Assembly: GCA_036405415.1 (NCBI GenBank) | Contig: DASWXP010000002.1 | Location: 272,351 to 336,350, forward strand | Reading direction: 5' to 3' | Length of the DNA: 64,000 nt | Source: Minisyncoccota bacterium | GTDB taxonomy: Bacteria > Patescibacteriota > Minisyncoccia > Phycocordibacterales > Phycocordibacteraceae | Notes under the pieces: generated by a model | Seen by the model: only the letters and a program-made list of their open reading frames with translations | What the model was told of the DNA's origin: nothing | The model's database searches: none | Part shown: positions 1 through 7,940 of the stretch, in pieces | How positions within the stretch are numbered: the first letter of the stretch is position 1 | Layout of the letters: each line of letters begins with the position of its first letter | Program-made: the position numbers and the translations under genes

Positions 1-11
1 TTTGTCAGCAT

Positions 12-39
12 TTGCATGCTGATTTTGTACTTGTATGAT
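12..39 (+). promoter_or_regulatory. Putative sigma70-type promoter upstream of ftsZ (TTGCAT-N16-TATGAT)
   Basis: Hexamers read directly from the sequence, ending about 38 nt upstream of the ftsZ ATG. No SD is visible. Confidence 0.3.
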
Positions 40-76
40 AAGGCCACGTTATTAGGGGACCCGTTAACAGCTCCAT

Positions 77-1381
77 ATGTCAAAGCGTGTTGAACCAGAA
101 GTCGAGACCTTCGCCCGCATCCGCGTGGTAGGTGTCGGTGGCTCCGGCGGAAATGCCGTGAACCACATGGTGAATTCCAAGGTTAAGGGCGTGGAATTCA
201 TCTCCGTGAACTCCGATGCCCAGGACCTCCACCGCTCGCTCGCCAAGCGCAAGATCCACATCGGCAAGAACCTTACTCGCGGTCTCGGCACCGGTATGAA
301 TCCGGAGCTTGGTAAGCGCGCAGCAGAAGAGACTCGTCAAGAGATCCAGGAGGCGCTCCAGGGTTCCGACATGGTCTTCATCACCTGCGGCATGGGCGGC
401 GGCACCGGCACCGGAGCCGCGCCGGTGGTTGCACGGATTGCTAAGGAAGTGGGCGCGCTCACCGTCGGCGTCGTGACCCGTCCGTTCACGTTCGAGGGTC
501 TTCACCGCAAGGAGCTCGCGGAGCGCGGTCTCCACGATCTCAAGAAGGAAGTGGACGCGTTCATCGTGATCCCGAACGATAAGCTTCTCGCGATCGTCGA
601 GGCGCAGACGTCCGCGAAGAACGCATTCTCCATGGCCGACGAGATCCTCCGCCAGGCGGTCGAGGGCGTCTCTGACATCATCACCACCCCGGGCGAGATC
701 AACACCGACTTCAACGACATCAAGGCCATCATGGAAGGCGCAGGTCCCGCGCTCATGGGCATCGGTATCGCAGAGGGAGACCGCCGCGCGCAGGACGCAG
801 CGGCACAGGCCGTCAATTCCCCGCTCCTCGACGTTTCCATCACGGGAGCCAAGGGCGTGCTCTTCGTGGTCGCAGGTGCCGAGGATCTCGGTATCCTCGA
901 GGTCCAGGAGGCGGCGAAGGTGGTTTCCGATTCCGTGGATCCTTCCGCGAAGGTCATCTTCGGTATCATGCGCGACGAGAAGCTCAAGAAGGGCCAGGTC
1001 CGCATCATCGTCATCGCTACCGGCTTCCCGGAGGGCGAGAGCGCGCATAGCCAGGGAGGTATCGAGCGTTCCCTCTTTGCGATGGCTCCTGTCGAGCAAG
1101 AAGAGGTGCGCGGCAAGATCTACAACGAAGCCGTAGCGCAGCCGCGTCCTGAGCCAACGCCTGCTCCCGAGCCGGCTCCGGCACCTGAACCAGCTCCCGC
1201 ACCGGCATCAAAGCCGCTCATGGAGCGCCGCCGCGAGGAGCCGGTCGTGACCGCGCAGCCCAAGCCGCGTGAGGAGGCGACCATGAAGACCGTAGTCCCG
1301 CCGTCAGCGCAGAACCAGCCTGATGACGAGGACGAGGCATGGGGCGCGATCCCGAGCTTCCTCCGCCGCCACAAGAAGTAG
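77..1381 (+). CDS. ftsZ: Cell division GTPase FtsZ
   Basis: The 434 aa translation carries tubulin/FtsZ motifs (GGGTGTG, NDKLL). A P/A/E-rich C-terminal linker ([15 protein letters not shown]) precedes a conserved C-terminal peptide. Confidence 0.95.
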   Translation: MSKRVEPEVETFARIRVVGVGGSGGNAVNHMVNSKVKGVEFISVNSDAQDLHRSLAKRKIHIGKNLTRGLGTGMNPELGKRAAEETRQEIQEALQGSDMVFITCGMGGGTGTGAAPVVARIAKEVGALTVGVVTRPFTFEGLHRKELAERGLHDLKKEVDAFIVIPNDKLLAIVEAQTSAKNAFSMADEILRQAVEGVSDIITTPGEINTDFNDIKAIMEGAGPALMGIGIAEGDRRAQDAAAQAVNSPLLDVSITGAKGVLFVVAGAEDLGILEVQEAAKVVSDSVDPSAKVIFGIMRDEKLKKGQVRIIVIATGFPEGESAHSQGGIERSLFAMAPVEQEEVRGKIYNEAVAQPRPEPTPAPEPAPAPEPAPAPASKPLMERRREEPVVTAQPKPREEATMKTVVPPSAQNQPDDEDEAWGAIPSFLRRHKK

Positions 1382-1390
1382 CGCACGCAG

Positions 1391-1422
1391 AAATCCCCGG
1401 GACACCTCGTCCCGGGGATTTT
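1391..1422. terminator. GC-rich hairpin CCCCGGGAC-N7-GTCCCGGGG followed by T-run (rho-independent terminator after ftsZ)
   Basis: Perfect 9 bp CCCGGG-core stem followed by TTTT. Member of a recurring hairpin family in this window. Confidence 0.55.
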
Positions 1423-1436
1423 GCTATACTGCCCTC

Positions 1437-2360
1437 ATGCACGACCTCATCATCATCGGCGGCGGACCAGCGGGCGTCGCCGCTGGCGTCTACGCCTCCC
1501 GCAAGCGCCTCAAGTCCGTCCTCGTCGCCGAAGAGATCGGCGGACAGAGCACCGTCTCAGACGGCATCGAGAACTGGATCGGAACCGTGCGTATCGCGGG
1601 CGAGGACCTCAAGAAGTCCTTCAGGGAGCACCTAGAGGCCTACAGGGGCGACGTACTCGACGTTATCGAAGGAGACCGCGTCGAAAGCCTTACGCGTACG
1701 GGAGAGGGCTTTACGGCCACTACGCGCGATGGCAAATCCTTTACCGCGCGCGCGGTGCTTATCGCGTCTGGCGCGAGCCGCAAGAAGCTTCTCGTACCAG
1801 GCGCGGACAAGTTCGAGAACATGGGCGTCACGTACTGCGCGAGCTGCGACGGCCCCCTCTTCTCCGATATGGATGTTGCGGTCGTAGGCGGCGGGAACGC
1901 AGGCCTTGAGACCGCGGCGCAGCTCCTTGCCTACGCGAAGTCCGTCACCCTCATACATCGCCATCCGGCATTCAAGGGCGAAGCGATCACCGTCGAGAAG
2001 ATCCTTACGCATCCGAACCTAAAGACCGTCATGAACGCGGAGCCGACCGAGGTGCTCGGCGAGAAGTTCGTCTCAGGACTCATCGTCAAGGATCGCACCT
2101 CGGGCGAAGAGACCACCCTTCCCGTTACGGGCGTGTTCGTCGAGATCGGCGTCATCCCGAACACCGGGTTCGCGAAGGATCTCGTGGAGCTCGACGAGGT
2201 GGGTCGCGTCGTAACCAACGCGCGCGACCAGCACACCTCTGTCGAAGGAGTCTGGGCCGCCGGAGACTGTACGGACGAGCTCTATCACCAGAACAACATC
2301 GCGGCAGGAGACGCCGTGAAAGCGCTCGAGGATATCTATCAGTGGCTCGCGAGGAGATAA
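1437..2360 (+). CDS. trxB: Thioredoxin-disulfide reductase
   Basis: Translation starts MHDLIIIGGGPAG (FAD fold), has the CASC redox motif and a second GGGNAG NADPH motif. The ATG lies 6 nt downstream of TGCTATACT. Confidence 0.9.
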   Translation: MHDLIIIGGGPAGVAAGVYASRKRLKSVLVAEEIGGQSTVSDGIENWIGTVRIAGEDLKKSFREHLEAYRGDVLDVIEGDRVESLTRTGEGFTATTRDGKSFTARAVLIASGASRKKLLVPGADKFENMGVTYCASCDGPLFSDMDVAVVGGGNAGLETAAQLLAYAKSVTLIHRHPAFKGEAITVEKILTHPNLKTVMNAEPTEVLGEKFVSGLIVKDRTSGEETTLPVTGVFVEIGVIPNTGFAKDLVELDEVGRVVTNARDQHTSVEGVWAAGDCTDELYHQNNIAAGDAVKALEDIYQWLARR

Positions 2361-2363
2361 GGA

Positions 2364-2393
2364 AAAAGCCGCATCAATCGATGCGGCTTTTTC
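2364..2393. terminator. Hairpin terminator AAAAAGCCGCATC-AATCG-ATGCGGCTTTTT
   Basis: Inverted repeat flanked by A-run and T-run (bidirectional). Confidence 0.55.
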
Positions 2394-2664
2394 CTTTGGT
2401 GCGAGGGGCTTATGCAGCCTCCTCTGCGCCAGTCTCCTCAGGAGCAGCCTCAGCTGCACCCTCGTCCATACCCTCCTCAGGCATCATCGGAGCTGCCTCC
2501 TCTGCGCCATCCTGTGGCTGGTCCATCTCAAGTTCATCCATGTGTGTTGGAGAACGGCTCTATTCTTCGCAGAGCGAAAAATACAGCCATCCAAAGTTAA
2601 TTGGCTGGCAATTCGACCAACCCCTGAATTTTACCAAGCAGCCCTCTGAAAAGGAAATGAAGGG

Positions 2665-3882
2665 TTATCCCCTCTTCCTAGGCTCATTCATGTCCCAGAT
2701 GAGCGCGGCCACGTTGCGCGGCTTCCCTTCGAACGGGAGGTGATGGTTGTCGAAGAACGGCATGGAATTGCATTCGAGGATGCCGAGGCGCTCCTGCTCC
2801 TTCCATGAGCGCGTGATATCAGGGATGATGAAGTCGATGCCTACGATAGGTGCCTTGAGGACGCGGGCTGTCTCCTCGAAGAGTGCGATGTTGTCTTCAT
2901 GCACCTCGTCGGTAACGTCGCAGGTCGTTCCGCCAACGCTCCAGTTTATCTTCTGATGGAGGATCGCCTTCTCTCCTTCGGGAAGCACGCCCTCAAACGT
3001 GTAGCCCTGCCAGGCAAGCTCTTCCTTTGCCGCGTCGTCGAGCTTCATGTGGTGGAAGTACGGGCCCTGACGTCCCGGATGCTTATTGGCTTCCTCGACG
3101 AGTTCCGCGATGGTGCGCTTCCCGTCTCCGATCACGTGTGGCTGGTCTCTGCGAAGCGCTGCCGCAAACTTCCCGTCCACAACCGTCGCGCGGTATACGG
3201 GACCATCCAGTTCTTCTTCGATAACGACGGTTGGTGCTACCTGCTTCGCGACCTTAAACGCGCGTTCAAGCTCTTCTTCGGTATCGATATGGAGGATGGT
3301 GTGGCGCGACGCGGATCCAGATGATGGCTTTGCGATAACCGGGGGCGTGAGCGTCTGATAGAGCTTCTTTGCTGCGCTGAGAGTAGACACAGCGCCGCCC
3401 TTCGCAACCGGAAGGCCGAGCTTTCTAAACTTCTCCTTAAGGACGGCCTTGTCGTCCATCCATGGCACGCGCGCGAGGTCCGCGTCTCCAGGGATTGGGA
3501 TGCCTTCATAGGCGATCTTCCTGCCGTCCGGGTATGTAGCCACGAAGATGTTGCGCGGCAGGTTGAAGAGACGGAACTCGGACACGGACATGCCGCGCTC
3601 CTTGGCTTCGTTCCAGAGCATGAGCGCAAGCAGCTGCGTGTCGTCGTCGGGTTCCATGACGCGCGTCGCCCACCCCAGATTCATCATTCCCTCAAGAAGA
3701 TGCGGCGTTATCTTTCGCTCAATTGCGTACACGATGCCTGCGAATCCGCGTAGGAACGTGCTCGGGCGCGTAAGCGGCTTCATGAGGTCGTCTATCACGA
3801 TACTCACGTACGTGACGCCATGGAAAATGGCGCCGTCGCCGCAGTCCTTGCAAGGCTTAGGGGTTGGGAGCGAAAGAGCCAT
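2665..3882 (-). CDS. Cyanophycin-synthetase-like ATP-grasp protein (N + ATP-grasp domains only; no Mur-ligase-like domain)
   Basis: The 405 aa translation aligns by eye with the CphA ATP-grasp segment (VIGDGKRTIAELVEEANKHP, NWSVGGTTCDVTDEVHEDN, GIDFIIPDIT, GKPRNVAALIWDM). The ORF ends there with no C-terminal half. Confidence 0.7.
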   Translation of the reverse strand: MALSLPTPKPCKDCGDGAIFHGVTYVSIVIDDLMKPLTRPSTFLRGFAGIVYAIERKITPHLLEGMMNLGWATRVMEPDDDTQLLALMLWNEAKERGMSVSEFRLFNLPRNIFVATYPDGRKIAYEGIPIPGDADLARVPWMDDKAVLKEKFRKLGLPVAKGGAVSTLSAAKKLYQTLTPPVIAKPSSGSASRHTILHIDTEEELERAFKVAKQVAPTVVIEEELDGPVYRATVVDGKFAAALRRDQPHVIGDGKRTIAELVEEANKHPGRQGPYFHHMKLDDAAKEELAWQGYTFEGVLPEGEKAILHQKINWSVGGTTCDVTDEVHEDNIALFEETARVLKAPIVGIDFIIPDITRSWKEQERLGILECNSMPFFDNHHLPFEGKPRNVAALIWDMNEPRKRG

Positions 3883-3889
3883 ACGTGTT

Positions 3890-3979
3890 TGGCGGAGAGG
3901 GGGAGATTCGAACTCCCGGTACAGTTTCCCGTACGCCGCATTTCGAGTGCGGTGCCTTCGACCACTCAGCCACCTCTCC
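3890..3979 (-). tRNA. tRNA-Ser (anticodon CGA), type II with long variable arm, CCA encoded
   Basis: Manual cloverleaf: acceptor GGAGAGG/CCTCTCC, anticodon loop CTCGAAA, long variable arm, T-arm GGAGTTCGAATCTCC. Confidence 0.85.
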
Positions 3980-4052
3980 TAAAGGTTAGAAGTCGAGAAC
4001 TCACGCATCCTAGCATTTCTGGCCTCAAAAATGTAGGATTGTCTGTACATAC

Positions 4053-4127
4053 GGCCCTATCGTCTAACGGCTAGGACAGCGCCCTTTCACGGCGTAAATC
4101 GGGGTTCGATTCCCCGTAGGGTCACCA
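4053..4127 (+). tRNA. tRNA-Glu (anticodon TTC), CCA encoded
   Basis: Manual cloverleaf: anticodon stem GCGCC/GGCGT, loop CTTTCAC, T-loop GGTTCGATTCC. Confidence 0.85.
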
Positions 4128-4142
4128 AAAATTCAGGAAAGG

Positions 4143-5492
4143 ATGCTAGTATCGTCCGATACCGTCATGAAAGCTTTCTATGCCATCCTCGCGAACACGC
4201 TTGTCTCGTCCATAACCAACTTTACGGTCTGGTTCGCGATCACCTTCTGGATATACCTTGAGACCGAGTCAGTGTTCGCGACCGGCATGCTCGCGGGCAT
4301 CTACCTCGTGCTTACCGCAGGGACCGGCTTCTGGTTCGGAAGCATCGTGGACCATAACCGCAAGAAGCACGTGATGCTCGCGTCGAGCGTTATCTCGTTC
4401 GCTCTCTATGGGATCGCATTCCTCCTGTTCCAGTCCGTACCCGAATCCGTATTCGCTGACGTTTCAGGCGTACCGCTGTGGGCGTTCGTCCTTCTCATGA
4501 TGATCGGCGTATGTGCAGGCAACCTCCGTACCATCGCGCTCCCGACGCTCGTTACGCTCCTTATTCCTGAAGACAGGCGCGACAAGGCGAACGGGCTCGT
4601 AGGCATGACGACCGGCATCGGATTCCTTGTCACGTCGATGATCAGCGGGTTCCTCGTTGCCTGGGGCGGTATGTTCTACGTGATCGTGTTCGCGCTTTCT
4701 CTCACTGCGCTCGCCTTCCTGCACCTCACGCTCGTAGCCGTGGACGAGACCCGCGCAAGCGAGGACCCGGAGGCACCTAACGAACCGAAGCGCATCGATA
4801 TCAAGGGCACGGTCCGCGTGATACGCGGAGTGCCTGGTCTCATGGCGCTCATCCTGTTCGCTACTTTCAACAACTTCCTCGGCGGCATCTTCATGGCGCT
4901 CATGGATGCGTACGGCCTCTCACTGGTATCGGTACAAACCTGGGGCGTGCTCATCGGCGTGCTCTCGACCGCCTTCATCCTCTCGGGGATCATCATCGCG
5001 AAGACCGGACTCGGCAAGAATCCGCTCCGAACCCTCCTTACGGTTAACGTGATCACCTGGACCGTCTGCATGTTCTTCACCATTCAGTCCTCGATAATCC
5101 TGCTTGCGATCGGCTTCTTCATCTGGATGCTTCTGGGCCCGTACGCCGAAGCCGCAGAGCATACGACGCTCCAGAAGGTGGTGCCGTTCGAGCGCCAGGG
5201 CCGCGTGTTCGGGTTTGCGCAGAGCGTGGAGCAGGCTGCGTCGCCTTTGACCGCGTTCCTTATCGGTCCCCTGGCCCAGTTCGTGTTCATCCCGTTCATG
5301 ACTACCGGACTCGGAGCGGCAGCCATTGGCAGCTGGTTCGGCACGGGGCCTGAGCGCGGCATAGCGCTCGTGTTCACAGTTGCCGGAGCGCTCGGGCTCT
5401 TCATGACGATCCTCGCCTTCAACTCGAAGTACTACCGCCAGCTCTCCACGAGGTATCAGGAGTCTTCTCAAGCAGTTCCGGAGGCGGCTTGA
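4143..5492 (+). CDS. MFS-type transporter (12-TM permease)
   Basis: The 449 aa translation is highly hydrophobic with multiple TM segments and MFS-like loop motifs. An alternative start lies at 4167. Confidence 0.75.
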   Translation: MLVSSDTVMKAFYAILANTLVSSITNFTVWFAITFWIYLETESVFATGMLAGIYLVLTAGTGFWFGSIVDHNRKKHVMLASSVISFALYGIAFLLFQSVPESVFADVSGVPLWAFVLLMMIGVCAGNLRTIALPTLVTLLIPEDRRDKANGLVGMTTGIGFLVTSMISGFLVAWGGMFYVIVFALSLTALAFLHLTLVAVDETRASEDPEAPNEPKRIDIKGTVRVIRGVPGLMALILFATFNNFLGGIFMALMDAYGLSLVSVQTWGVLIGVLSTAFILSGIIIAKTGLGKNPLRTLLTVNVITWTVCMFFTIQSSIILLAIGFFIWMLLGPYAEAAEHTTLQKVVPFERQGRVFGFAQSVEQAASPLTAFLIGPLAQFVFIPFMTTGLGAAAIGSWFGTGPERGIALVFTVAGALGLFMTILAFNSKYYRQLSTRYQESSQAVPEAA

Positions 5493-5525
5493 ACCCTGTC
5501 CCCTGATGCGGTATCGTGCGAGCAC

Positions 5526-5601
5526 GCGCGGTTAGCTCAGTTGGTAGAGCGCGTCATTGACGTTGACGATGTCGGGGGTTCGAATCCCTCACCGCGCACC
5601 A
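5526..5601 (+). tRNA. tRNA-Val (anticodon GAC), CCA encoded
   Basis: Manual cloverleaf: GCGCGGT acceptor, D-loop AGTTGGTAGAGC, anticodon loop TTGACGT, T-loop GGTTCGAATCC. Confidence 0.85.
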
Positions 5602-5606
5602 AGAAT

Positions 5607-5640
5607 GGAAATGGCTCGCATGTGCATGCGGGCCATTTCC
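5607..5640. terminator. 16-bp stem hairpin GGAAATGGCTCGCATG-TG-CATGCGGGCCATTTCC
   Basis: Near-perfect palindrome immediately after tRNA-Val. Confidence 0.5.
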
Positions 5641-5682
5641 CATATTAGGCGGTGCTAGCATGAATACTGGAAGGAGAAAGAG

Positions 5683-5823
5683 ATGCTGAAGCCTGAATGG
5701 TTCAACCGAATTCCGGAGGTCGACCTACACCCGCTCCACATAATGGCAGGCTGCCTTGTTATCGCAGCTGCAGGTTGGGCGTGGTGCCAGATATTCCCAA
5801 CGAATTCAGGAGGCCGCCGCTGA
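5683..5823 (+). CDS. Small ORF (46 aa) encoding a single-TM peptide, missing from the ORF track (<60 aa)
   Basis: A strong SD (AAGGAG) sits 8 nt upstream of the ATG. The translation MLKPEWFNRIPEVDLHPLHIMAGCLVIAAAGWAWCQIFPTNSGGRR has a TM core, and a hairpin overlaps the stop. Confidence 0.3.
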   Translation: MLKPEWFNRIPEVDLHPLHIMAGCLVIAAAGWAWCQIFPTNSGGRR

Positions 5824-5865
5824 GGCGGCCTCGCACTAGATATCCAAATGCGCTATAACGGACCC

Positions 5866-6732
5866 ATGAACCGGACTATCGTCTTTTACCATGGCAGCTG
5901 CCCGGACGGCTTCGGCGGCGCGTACGCAGCCTGGAAGAAGTTTAAAGACTCTGCGGAATACATACCGCTTTCCCGGTCTGAAGACGCGCTTCCGGACGTC
6001 TCTGGAGCCGACGTGTACTTCATCGACTTCGTATACGAGAAGGAGCGTATGGATGCGATCGCAGCTGAGGCGAATAGCCTCATCGCGCTCGACCACCACG
6101 AAGGCGTCCGCGACGTAACTGAATCGCTTCCGGGTTCCGTCTTCGACAACGACCGCTCAGGCGCCTCTATCGCCTGGAACTACTTCCATCCGGACGCTCC
6201 CCTTCCGAAGCTCCTCTCGTACGTCGAGGACGACGACCTATTCCGCTTCGCGCTTGCTGATACCCGTGCCGTCCTCTCATACATAGCCATCCGCCCATAC
6301 ACGTTCGAAGCGTGGGACGAGCTTGCAGCAACGCTCGAGAATTCTGAAGAAGCTGGAGCGTTCCTTATGAAGGTACGCACCTACGCGGAGTACTTCGAGC
6401 TCCTTGCCGCGTATGCGGTCGAGCATGCCAAGCTCATCGACTTCGAAGGACATCGCGTCTACTTCGCAACCGCGCACCCGTTCAAGCCGATGAAGTCGCT
6501 CGTCGGGAACCTGCTCGCGAAGAAGCGTGGGCCGTTCTCCCTAGTAGTGGCAGCGCACCCCAACGGGTACGGCGTCTCCATCCGCGGAGACGGCACCATC
6601 GACGTGTCAGAGATCGCGCGCAAGTATGGCGGCAACGGACATAAGAGTTCGTCAGGGTTCCTCATCCCGGCCGGCGGCCCGATGCCCTGGACGCTCGTAG
6701 AAGACGATGACGATTCTCTCAATCGAGACTAG
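5866..6732 (+). CDS. DHH/DHHA1 family phosphoesterase (NrnA-like)
   Basis: The translation has DHH motifs (FYHGSCPDGFGGAYAAW, DHHEG) and a C-terminal GGNGHKSSSGF (DHHA1). The ATG lies 6 nt after TATAAC. Confidence 0.8.
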   Translation: MNRTIVFYHGSCPDGFGGAYAAWKKFKDSAEYIPLSRSEDALPDVSGADVYFIDFVYEKERMDAIAAEANSLIALDHHEGVRDVTESLPGSVFDNDRSGASIAWNYFHPDAPLPKLLSYVEDDDLFRFALADTRAVLSYIAIRPYTFEAWDELAATLENSEEAGAFLMKVRTYAEYFELLAAYAVEHAKLIDFEGHRVYFATAHPFKPMKSLVGNLLAKKRGPFSLVVAAHPNGYGVSIRGDGTIDVSEIARKYGGNGHKSSSGFLIPAGGPMPWTLVEDDDDSLNRD

Positions 6733-7888
6733 CTGCGACGAGACCGCCATAACGGTCCTCGAAGCGTCAGGCGATGAGCATGCCGCGGAATTTCGCATCC
6801 TCGGGAACGCGCTCCTTTCCCAGATCGACATACACCGCGAGTTCGGTGGCGTGTACCCTGCAGTCGCAAAGCGTGAGCACGCGAAGAACCTCGTGCCGAT
6901 ACTTGCCGCTTCGCTTGAGGAAGCAGGCATGCTTAGAGAAGCATCCGCAGACATTCCGGAAGAGCTCCGTACAGAGCTCGCGTCAATCCTTGAGCGCGAG
7001 CCGGGATTGAGCGATGCGCTTCTCGCGTTCCTTGGTGCGTACGGTGTCCCGGATATCGATGCGATCGCCGTGACGCACGGCCCGGGACTTGAGCCTGCGC
7101 TCTGGGTTGGCGTTAATTTCGCCAAGGCGCTTTCCATCGCCTGGCAGAAGCCGGTTACCGGTATCAATCACATGGAAGGACATCTCCTCTCTGCGCTAGC
7201 CGTGGCGAGCGAGGACGATGCGTCGCGCTTCTCTATCGCGGATACCGAGCTTCCCGTGCTCGCGCTTCTCATCTCCGGAGGACACACCGAGCTCGTATCG
7301 ATGGATTCCTGGCTTTCTTATAAGCTCATAGGGCGCACCCGGGATGACGCGGTGGGAGAAGCGTTCGACAAGGTAGCGCGCATGCTCGGGCTTCCGTATC
7401 CGGGAGGGCCCGAAGTCTCGAAACTCGCGGAAGCTGCCAGAGATCGGAACAACTCGGAACAACCCCAGCTTCCGCGTCCCATGCTCGGAGACGGGACCTG
7501 CGACTTCTCGTTCTCGGGACTCAAGACCGCGGTCCTCTATCTCGTCAAGGGGCGCGAGCTTTCGGAGAAGGATAAGGAAGAAGTGGCACATGCGTTCGAG
7601 GACGCCGTGGGAGACGTACTCTTCGGCAAGGCGTCGCGTGCGCTCGTTCAGACCCGCGCAAAGACGCTCGTGCTTGGAGGCGGCGTGTCTGCGAACACGC
7701 ACGTGAAGCGCGTCTTTGCTGAGCGCATGACCAAGGAGCACCCGGAGGTTGCTCTCAGGATCCCCGCGTTCAGGTTCACAACCGACAACGCCATCATGAT
7801 AGGCATCGCGGGATACTATCGCGCGCTCAGGCAGGATTTCCTTGATCCCCATACCCTTCGCGCTGACGGGAACCTCTCGCTTACTTAG
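6707..7888 (+). CDS. tsaD: tRNA N6-adenosine threonylcarbamoyltransferase TsaD
   Basis: MTILSIETSCDETAI N-terminus and Kae1/TsaD family conservation. Overlaps the DHH gene by 26 nt. Confidence 0.9.
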   Translation: MTILSIETSCDETAITVLEASGDEHAAEFRILGNALLSQIDIHREFGGVYPAVAKREHAKNLVPILAASLEEAGMLREASADIPEELRTELASILEREPGLSDALLAFLGAYGVPDIDAIAVTHGPGLEPALWVGVNFAKALSIAWQKPVTGINHMEGHLLSALAVASEDDASRFSIADTELPVLALLISGGHTELVSMDSWLSYKLIGRTRDDAVGEAFDKVARMLGLPYPGGPEVSKLAEAARDRNNSEQPQLPRPMLGDGTCDFSFSGLKTAVLYLVKGRELSEKDKEEVAHAFEDAVGDVLFGKASRALVQTRAKTLVLGGGVSANTHVKRVFAERMTKEHPEVALRIPAFRFTTDNAIMIGIAGYYRALRQDFLDPHTLRADGNLSLT

Positions 7889-7894
7889 CTCCAA

Positions 7895-7919
7895 GGAACG
7901 GTACTGAAAAGTGCCGTTC
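7895..7919. terminator. Hairpin GGAACGGTAC-TGAAAA-GTGCCGTTC after tsaD
   Basis: Inverted repeat followed by T-rich tract. It contains the GTG at 7911 that the ORF track used as the valS start. Confidence 0.45.
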
Positions 7920-7940
7920 TTTGCTATATTCGACCTATAT

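Noticed and set aside
80-1099. Long antisense ORFs overlapping ftsZ, valS, rnj, the RND permease and the DEAD-box helicase (for example 80-1099 minus, 7935-9860 minus, 29506-30690 minus, 52170-53363 minus, 40625-41641 plus)
   Set aside because: Typical high-GC artefacts. Their translations are Arg/Ala/Ser-rich low-complexity sequence with no motifs, while the opposite strand encodes well-conserved proteins.
1141-1215. [15 protein letters not shown] tandem peptide repeat, and its DNA repeat, in the ftsZ 3' region
   Set aside because: This is the disordered C-terminal linker of FtsZ, not a repeat element or CRISPR-like array.
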